24,000 bases of DNA, taken from the NCBI GenBank assembly GCA_021828865.1, contig JAJZCW010000012.1:1-24000 (forward strand), in the 5' to 3' direction. How positions within the stretch are numbered: position 1 is the stretch's first letter; each line of letters starts with the position of its first letter. A program made the translations under genes and the position numbers. Below are positions 18,212-24,000 of the stretch, in pieces. The notes under the pieces were generated by a model that worked only from the letters and a program-made list of their open reading frames with translations, had not been told where the DNA came from and ran no database searches. The stretch is from Bacillota bacterium (GTDB lineage Bacteria > Bacillota > Bacilli > Alicyclobacillales > SLC66).

Positions 18212-18994
18212 CTAATCGTTGATTTTATTGGTAATCTCATTGGCAATTTCAATGACAAGCGGCGCAAATGAATCGATCAAATCTTTAGGTAGTCGAAATG
18301 ACGGGCCGGACAAGCTGACAAACGCGATCGTATTGCCATGGACATCGTGTACTGGCGCGGAAAGCCCATTTTCACTTTCATCGAATTCAAGATATGAAGT
18401 GGCAAAACCACGATGTTTAATTTTCTCAATTTCTAATTTTAATATTTCTGGGTCTGAATTTGTCCATGCCGTTCTTTTTTCCATGGGATGTTTAAGGAAG
18501 TTATTTAGTTCAATCTCTGAAAGAGATGCTAATAATAATTTTCCATTTGAAGTGCAATGAAGTGGTAAAACCATATTGACGTAATCAACCAATCGTACGT
18601 GGTGCGGTGGGTCGATTTGATCAATGGCTACCACACCGTAATTATAAGCGACACTTAACATGACTGTTTCCTGAGATACCTGCGCCAATCGCTCAAGACT
18701 TGGCCGGGCTTGCCTAACCAACCAGTCATTTCGGGAGGTTCCCAAGCTTAATTTGGTAGCCCAAAAACCAAGTCGATATCCTTTTGTTAATTGTTCTCGC
18801 TCTATGAATCCATGATATTCCAAAGTATATAATAATCTCCATGCAGTTGTCCTGTTTAGATGAGTTTCATTGATGATATCTGTCAGTGAAACAGGATCAT
18901 TTGCTTTCGCGATATATTTTAATAAAATTAGAGCTTTATCTAACGTTTGCACCAATCCATCAGCTTTTTGATCAATTTCTATCTTGTTCACCAT
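18212..18994 (-). CDS. IclR family transcriptional regulator
   Basis: 260 aa. N-terminal winged HTH (LDKALILLKYIAKANDPVSLTDIINETHLNRTTAWRLLYTLEYHGFIE) followed by an IclR-type effector domain (GLSAPVHDVHGNTIAFVSLSGP). Confidence 0.92.
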   Translation of the reverse strand: MVNKIEIDQKADGLVQTLDKALILLKYIAKANDPVSLTDIINETHLNRTTAWRLLYTLEYHGFIEREQLTKGYRLGFWATKLSLGTSRNDWLVRQARPSLERLAQVSQETVMLSVAYNYGVVAIDQIDPPHHVRLVDYVNMVLPLHCTSNGKLLLASLSEIELNNFLKHPMEKRTAWTNSDPEILKLEIEKIKHRGFATSYLEFDESENGLSAPVHDVHGNTIAFVSLSGPSFRLPKDLIDSFAPLVIEIANEITNKIND

Positions 18995-19063
18995 CTAGCA
19001 GTAACATCTCCTTTAATTTATTTTATCACGAAAAGTGAGTAAAAAAAATTTTCTGAAATATCA

Positions 19064-19146
19064 TTGACATAATATCTGAATTCGCATTATTATATTCGCA
19101 TAGTGAAATACATGTTCATTATACGAACATAATAGATTTTAATCAA
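19064..19146. promoter_or_regulatory. divergent iclR / adh-ABC control region with repeats
   Basis: + strand: TTGACA (19064-19069), an 18-nt spacer, then TATTAT (19088-19093). - strand: TTGATT (complement of 19141-19146), a 17-nt spacer, then TATAAT (complement of 19118-19123). Direct repeat ATTCGCAT at 19080-19087 and 19094-19101. Inverted repeat ATGTTC-N7-GAACAT at 19112-19130. TGAA-N7-TTCA at 19104-19118. Confidence 0.5.
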
Positions 19147-19222
19147 TGTTTTCTTTGTGCGAGGGGAATGGGGCCAAGACGAAGATAGTCCCCAGTGCAA
19201 GATTGCTGAAGGAGAGAGTATC

Positions 19223-20329
19223 ATGAAGGTTCGGGCAGCGGTTCTTTACGAAGAAAATAAACCACTTGAGATCAAAGAAGTTGAACTTTTACCTCCTGGA
19301 GAGCATGAGGTGCTTGTGAAGTTAAGTGCAAGCGGTGTTTGTCATAGTGATCTGTCGTCTGCAACGGGCAAGAGTCCGACGAAGTTACCTGCCATATTGG
19401 GACATGAAGGGGCCGGTGTGGTAGAGCAAGTTGGCCCTGGGGTTACGAATGTAAAACCAGGAGATCACGTAGTTCTATCTTGGAATCCTGATTGTGGTGA
19501 ATGTGATGAATGTAATCGTGGCCTTCCTCACCTTTGTTCCAATGCGTGGAATGGAATGTTTGCTGGAGGATTACTCGATGGAACTTCTCGTTTTCGACTT
19601 GATGGAGAAGAAATTTTCCACTATTCGATGGTTTCATCTTTTGCAGAAAAAGTGGTTGTGCCTGATCGTTCATGTGTAGTGATAAATCAAGATGTTCCCC
19701 TTGAAATCGCTTCCTTGGTGGGATGTGCAGTGACTACTGGTGTAGGAGCTGTATGGAATACTGCCCAAGTTCGCCCCGGTGACCGAATTGCAGTTTTCGG
19801 GTGTGGAGGAGTGGGATTGAGTGCTGTACTAGGCGCCATTGCAGTCGGTGCGTCCCAAATTATTGTGGTAGATACAAGAGCTGATAAATTAGAAACTGCG
19901 CTTCACATGGGGGCAACTGATGCGGTTCAATCGACTGGCACTCCCGAAGAAACTGCTGCAGAAATCCTTCGCTTATCAAACGGTGGGGTCGATTATGCTT
20001 TTGATGCCGTAGGGGCACCTAATGTCACACTTAGCGCTTATTTATCGACTCGTAAGCGAGGAGCGGCAGTGGTGATTGGTATTCCTGCTCAAGATGCTGT
20101 AGTACCAATTCCCGCATTATCTATTCCACGGATGGAACGGAGAATTCTCGGCAGTCTTTATGGATCCGCTTCGCCTAGACGGGATTTTCCATTGATTTTA
20201 GACTTATTCATGCGTGGCAGGTTACCGCTTGATAAATTGATTTCTCACCGGTTAAGACTTGATGATGCACAGCATGCTATGGATCTTGTGAAAGATGGTG
20301 CTGCAGTCCGAGCTGTACTTCAGTTCTAA
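19223..20329 (+). CDS. zinc-dependent alcohol dehydrogenase (MDR family, class III-like)
   Basis: GVCHSD, GHEGAGVVEQVG, structural-Zn loop CGECDECNRGLPHLC, and NAD fold GCGGVGLS. I prefer the ATG at 19223, with GAAGGAGAG at 19208-19216. The track ORF opens at 19157. Confidence 0.92.
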   Translation: MKVRAAVLYEENKPLEIKEVELLPPGEHEVLVKLSASGVCHSDLSSATGKSPTKLPAILGHEGAGVVEQVGPGVTNVKPGDHVVLSWNPDCGECDECNRGLPHLCSNAWNGMFAGGLLDGTSRFRLDGEEIFHYSMVSSFAEKVVVPDRSCVVINQDVPLEIASLVGCAVTTGVGAVWNTAQVRPGDRIAVFGCGGVGLSAVLGAIAVGASQIIVVDTRADKLETALHMGATDAVQSTGTPEETAAEILRLSNGGVDYAFDAVGAPNVTLSAYLSTRKRGAAVVIGIPAQDAVVPIPALSIPRMERRILGSLYGSASPRRDFPLILDLFMRGRLPLDKLISHRLRLDDAQHAMDLVKDGAAVRAVLQF

Positions 20330-20360
20330 TCTGAAACTTAACGATAGGAAGTGAAGAGTG

Positions 20361-21452
20361 ATGACAGTAACTTTTTCGGAAGTGACAAAGGTTTATCAAG
20401 GGAAGAAACCCGCTGTTGAGAATTTGAATTTAGAGGTGCACACCGGGGAACTTCTCGTTCTAATCGGGCCTTCCGGTTGTGGGAAAACGACGACGTTAAG
20501 GATGATCAACCGTCTGGAAGAACCTACACATGGAAAGATACAGATCGATGGACGAGATATAGAAAAATTTAAAGAAGAGGAACTACGTAGAGGAATAGGT
20601 TATACCGTTCAGCAAACAGGATTATTCCCCCATATGACTGTCAAGGACAATATTGAAGTCGTTCCGAGGTTGTTGAAATGGCCAAAAGATAAGCGGGATG
20701 AGAGAGTTCGTGAGTTGCTTGCGATGGTTAATATGGATTTTGAAGAGTTTGCCCATCGATATCCAAGGCAACTGTCGGGGGGACAACAACAGCGTATTGG
20801 AGTTTTACGTTCTTTAGCTGCAGATCCTCCCATTATTTTAATGGATGAGCCTTTCGGAGCCCTTGATCCTATTAGCCGTGAGGTATTGCAAATTGAATTA
20901 AAGAAACTACAAGCACGTCTCCAGAAAACGATTATTTTCGTGACACATGACATCGACGAGGCGATACGTTTAGGAGATCGAATAGCCATATTCCAAACTG
21001 GCCAATTGGTTCAATTAGGTTCACCGCAAGAAATTGTCAAGAACCCTGTAAATGAATTTGTGGCTTCGTTTATCAAGAAAAACTATCAATTTGAAACTTC
21101 TAACCTTTCTTTGAAAGCGCTTGATCTGGCAAGTGTTGACTTTCACCCCTACGAATCGCATGATGACCGAATCATTTTGAGCATTGATGGTTCAGATGAT
21201 TTTTACCTGGTGGATTCTGATCATCGTTTTATTGGGACGATAAGCAAAGAAAACGTCAAGGCGAATCAGATCACAGCGGATAAAGTTCTGCAGCCAATAA
21301 GAGTTTACGATTCTGTTCAAAATATTTTATCTATTTTCAAAGATGTGAATACGCTACCTGTGGTGGATGATGGCAATAAATTGGTGGGCGTGATTACCTC
21401 CCTTTCGCTGATGAATGCAGTAGCTCGATTAGTCGGAGGGAATGAATCATGA
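20361..21452 (+). CDS. ABC transporter ATP-binding protein, OpuC/OpuB (osmoprotectant/quaternary amine) type with a C-terminal CBS pair
   Basis: Walker A GPSGCGKTT, signature LSGGQQQRIG, Walker B IILMDEPFGALD, and a CBS-like C-terminus (LPVVDDGNKLVGVIT). The start is ATG 20361 or the adjacent GTG 20358. Confidence 0.93.
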   Translation: MTVTFSEVTKVYQGKKPAVENLNLEVHTGELLVLIGPSGCGKTTTLRMINRLEEPTHGKIQIDGRDIEKFKEEELRRGIGYTVQQTGLFPHMTVKDNIEVVPRLLKWPKDKRDERVRELLAMVNMDFEEFAHRYPRQLSGGQQQRIGVLRSLAADPPIILMDEPFGALDPISREVLQIELKKLQARLQKTIIFVTHDIDEAIRLGDRIAIFQTGQLVQLGSPQEIVKNPVNEFVASFIKKNYQFETSNLSLKALDLASVDFHPYESHDDRIILSIDGSDDFYLVDSDHRFIGTISKENVKANQITADKVLQPIRVYDSVQNILSIFKDVNTLPVVDDGNKLVGVITSLSLMNAVARLVGGNES

Positions 21453-22090
21453 ACTATATTGGTTATTTATGGAGTACCTATAATAGCCAAATTATTCAAG
21501 CTATGTGGCAGCAGATTTATCTTGTTGGCATTTCATTAGTTTGCGGTGCGATTGTATCTATCCCTTTGGGAATTTATTTGTCAAAGCACACGCGTCTCGC
21601 TACATGGGTGATCACCGCAGTTTCCATTCTACAAACCATCCCAAGTCTTGCTTTTTTCGCAATTATATTGCCGATATTAGGAATCGGAGCCACACCGGCA
21701 TTAATCGTCTTATTTCTTTATTCGCTCTTGCCGATGCTTCGCAATACCTATACGGGACTGAGGTCGGTCGATCCCACGTTGATCGATGTTGCAAAAGGCA
21801 TGGGTATGACCTCATTTCAACGTCTTATCTTTGTTGAACTGCGATTAGCTGCGCCTTTGATTGTTGCTGGAATACGTTTGTCAACGATTTATTTGGTGAG
21901 TTGGGCAACGATGGCCTCGCTAATTGGGGCTGGCGGCTTCGGTGACTTGATATTTGCAGGAATTGATAATTATAACAATGATCTTATCATTACTGGAGCA
22001 GTGCCCACTGCATTGATGGCGTTCATTGCAAGCATGATTTTCACCCTTATTCGTCGTTACGTGACGCCGATTGGATTAAGGAGGGCATAA
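21449..22090 (+). CDS. ABC transporter permease (OpuCB-like)
   Basis: 213 aa, multi-pass hydrophobic protein with an EAA-type loop (VDPTLIDVAKGMGMTSFQRLIFVELRLA). Its ATG overlaps the upstream stop (ATGA), which suggests translational coupling. Confidence 0.9.
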   Translation: MNYIGYLWSTYNSQIIQAMWQQIYLVGISLVCGAIVSIPLGIYLSKHTRLATWVITAVSILQTIPSLAFFAIILPILGIGATPALIVLFLYSLLPMLRNTYTGLRSVDPTLIDVAKGMGMTSFQRLIFVELRLAAPLIVAGIRLSTIYLVSWATMASLIGAGGFGDLIFAGIDNYNNDLIITGAVPTALMAFIASMIFTLIRRYVTPIGLRRA

Positions 22091-22092
22091 GC

Positions 22093-22698
22093 ATGACCGT
22101 TACCTTTTCAGATATTTTATCTGCTTCATTTGTTCATCTGTATTTGTCGCTAATCGGAACGTTTGCTGGCGGGTTGATAGGGTTTATCGTTGCTGTTCTT
22201 GGAAGAAATCACGCGAGGATTCTCACTGTCTTTTTAACAATTGCTGAATTAATTCAAACCTTCCCCAGTATTGCCATGTTGGCTCTACTATTGCTTGTTT
22301 TTGGTTTGGGAAACAACACGCTCATTGTAGCGCTTGCGTTATACGGAATTATGCCAGTTTTACAGAACACCTATGAAGGGTTAAGTGCAGTGGACCCCAT
22401 GTTGATTGACGTGGGAAGAGGCATGGGAATGACAAAAAGGCAGGTGTTGCGTCGAGTAGAATTACCGTTGACATTTCCAATGATTTTGGCGGGCTTTCGT
22501 GTGTCATTGGTGACTTCCATTGGTATTGCTACGATTGGTGTATTTGTGGGATCTGGAGGTTTGGGGCTTTTTATTTATCGAGGATTACAAATGCTCGATA
22601 ACCAAATTATGCTTGAGGGGGCGGTTCCGGCTGCGATTCTTGCTATTTTAGTTGAATTACTCATTGGACTTTTGGAAAGGCGCCTGGCCAAGCGTTGA
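22093..22698 (+). CDS. ABC transporter permease (OpuCD-like)
   Basis: 201 aa, a paralog of the previous permease (VDPMLIDVGRGMGMTKRQVLRRVELPL). AAGGAGG RBS at 22078-22084. Confidence 0.9.
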   Translation: MTVTFSDILSASFVHLYLSLIGTFAGGLIGFIVAVLGRNHARILTVFLTIAELIQTFPSIAMLALLLLVFGLGNNTLIVALALYGIMPVLQNTYEGLSAVDPMLIDVGRGMGMTKRQVLRRVELPLTFPMILAGFRVSLVTSIGIATIGVFVGSGGLGLFIYRGLQMLDNQIMLEGAVPAAILAILVELLIGLLERRLAKR

Positions 22699-22733
22699 CA
22701 AAAGCAAAGTAAAATCACACACCAAAAAGGGAG

Positions 22734-23663
22734 ATGTTAAATGTGAACAAGAAACCTCTGCTTTGGACTTTAGCTGCATCAATGGGTGCCGCCATGATTC
22801 TCGCTGGTTTTTCACAAAATGGTCATGCTTTTGCTAGTAGCAAACCTCCCATCATTGTAGGGTCAAAAAGTTTTACAGAAAACATCTTAATCGGCGACAT
22901 GATGTATGATCTGTTGAAAGCGAATTTGCCAGGCGTGCAAGTGATTAATAAACAAGACCTTGGCGGTACTATGGTTCCTTGGAATGCACTGTTGTCTGGC
23001 CAGATTGATATGTACTGCGAGTACACTGGCACAGGCCTGATTGATATTCTGAAGCAACCAGTGATGCATAATCCTAATGCAGTTTACAATTATGTAAAAA
23101 AAGAATATCCTGTAAAATTTAAGGTAGATTGGTTAAAACCAATCGGATTTAATGACACCTATGCGATTGCAATGCCACAAGCATTAGCGAAAAAAGACCA
23201 TGTCACCACTATTTCTGACCTTTCTAAAGTTGCCAATCAATTGGTATTTGGAGCTGAGCCTGAATTTTTCAGCAGACCTGACGGATATCCTGGTTTGGTG
23301 AATGATTATGGCCTTCATTTTAAGTCTACCAGCCAGATTAACGTAGGATTGAAGTATGAAGCGGTGGCTAAAGGGGATGTTCAGGTCATCGATGTTTTCT
23401 CAACAGATGGAGATCTGGTGAAATATCACATGGTGGTTCTAAAGGATAACAAAAACTTCTATCCACCATATTTTGCTGCACCCATTGTAAGGGAAGACAT
23501 TATCAAAGCCTACCCCAAAATTCCGTCAATTTTGAATAAACTGGCAGGTAAGATTTCTAATGAGCAAATGCAGCAACTGAATTATTCAGTCGATGTTCTG
23601 CACAAGAGCGCAAGTGTAGTAGCGAAAAACTTCTTGATTAGCAAAGGCTTACTGAAGAAGTAA
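22734..23663 (+). CDS. OpuAC-family substrate-binding protein (glycine betaine/carnitine/choline-type)
   Basis: 309 aa with an N-terminal signal sequence. EYTGTG, NDTYAIAMP, FSTDGDL, NFYPPYFAAPIVRE and QQLNYSVD match OpuCC-like proteins as I recall them. GTG at 22743 is better spaced from AAAGGGAG (22726-22733) than ATG at 22734. Confidence 0.88.
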   Translation: MLNVNKKPLLWTLAASMGAAMILAGFSQNGHAFASSKPPIIVGSKSFTENILIGDMMYDLLKANLPGVQVINKQDLGGTMVPWNALLSGQIDMYCEYTGTGLIDILKQPVMHNPNAVYNYVKKEYPVKFKVDWLKPIGFNDTYAIAMPQALAKKDHVTTISDLSKVANQLVFGAEPEFFSRPDGYPGLVNDYGLHFKSTSQINVGLKYEAVAKGDVQVIDVFSTDGDLVKYHMVVLKDNKNFYPPYFAAPIVREDIIKAYPKIPSILNKLAGKISNEQMQQLNYSVDVLHKSASVVAKNFLISKGLLKK

Positions 23664-23674
23664 ATCATGATTAG

Positions 23675-23710
23675 GCGGGGATTCAACATCCCCGCTTTCT
23701 GTTGCTTTTT
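23675..23710 (+). terminator. rho-independent terminator of the ABC operon
   Basis: GCGGGGAT (23675-23682) pairs with ATCCCCGC (23688-23695), with a 5-nt loop. The tail is TTTCTGTTGCTTTTT. Confidence 0.8.
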
Positions 23711-23742
23711 ACCGTTCCTGTTTTTATTCGGGGGTGGAAGTA

Positions 23743-24000
23743 TTGTTATTTGCTTTACTTATATTTTTTTTAGAAATCATTTATGTGACCATTATGACTA
23801 CAAGATGGATCATCTTGGTGAAGGGTTATAAATTTGTCGCTTCCATCACCGCATTGTTTGAACAGATGCTCTATGTCACAGCGTTGACGCTGGTAGTAAC
23901 AAAACTTTCCGATTTCACAAGACTAATTGCCTATGCTGCAGGTTATGCATTAGGAACTCTAATAGGAAGTTGGGTAGAAAATCGTTTGGCGATTGGATAC
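23743..24000 (+). CDS. UPF0316 / DUF2179 family membrane protein (YebE-like), 5' part; continues past the window
   Basis: TTG start after GGTGGA. The translation is MLFALLIFFLEIIYVTIMTTRWIILVKGYKFVASITALFEQMLYV...GSWVENRLAIGY. It parallels B. subtilis YebE (MLQALLIFVLQIIYVP...YIENKLAIGY) as I recall it. Confidence 0.75.
   Translation, partial: MLFALLIFFLEIIYVTIMTTRWIILVKGYKFVASITALFEQMLYVTALTLVVTKLSDFTRLIAYAAGYALGTLIGSWVENRLAIGY

Overview
The window looks like a Bacillales-type Firmicute chromosome segment. The evidence is the groES-groEL pair, a YebE/UPF0316-like gene, a GlpP-family antiterminator and an OpuC-type transporter. Order of features, left to right:

- groES 3' end and groEL, followed by a strong terminator and an odd T14-G7-T-G9 tract.
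- A divergent TetR regulator with a three-gene oxidoreductase/VOC operon carrying two copies of a TetR-like operator.
- A full-length group II intron (ribozyme plus a 627-aa RT/maturase), inserted just after a terminator-like hairpin.
- A small ORF broken by one in-frame TGA that is followed at once by a perfect hairpin.
- A bacterial nitric oxide synthase gene (nos).
- A 1307-aa cytoplasmic sensor protein with three GAF domains, four PAS domains and a SpoIIE/PP2C phosphatase domain.
- A 580-bp AT-rich spacer ending in a promoter and a terminator/antiterminator leader.
- A four-gene operon: KduD-like SDR, VAO-type FAD oxidoreductase, FGGY kinase and a GlpP-family antiterminator.
- A convergent IclR regulator, divergent from a Zn-alcohol-dehydrogenase plus OpuC-type ABC transporter operon.
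- The 5' end of a UPF0316 membrane protein gene.

I saw no rRNA, tRNA or CRISPR array.

The most interesting candidates are (a) the nos gene paired with the multi-sensor PP2C phosphatase, as a possible NO-producing and NO-responsive signalling module, and (b) a glp-regulon look-alike in which a VAO-family flavoenzyme replaces GlpD under GlpP-type attenuation. All functional calls rest on motif recognition by eye. No database search was run.
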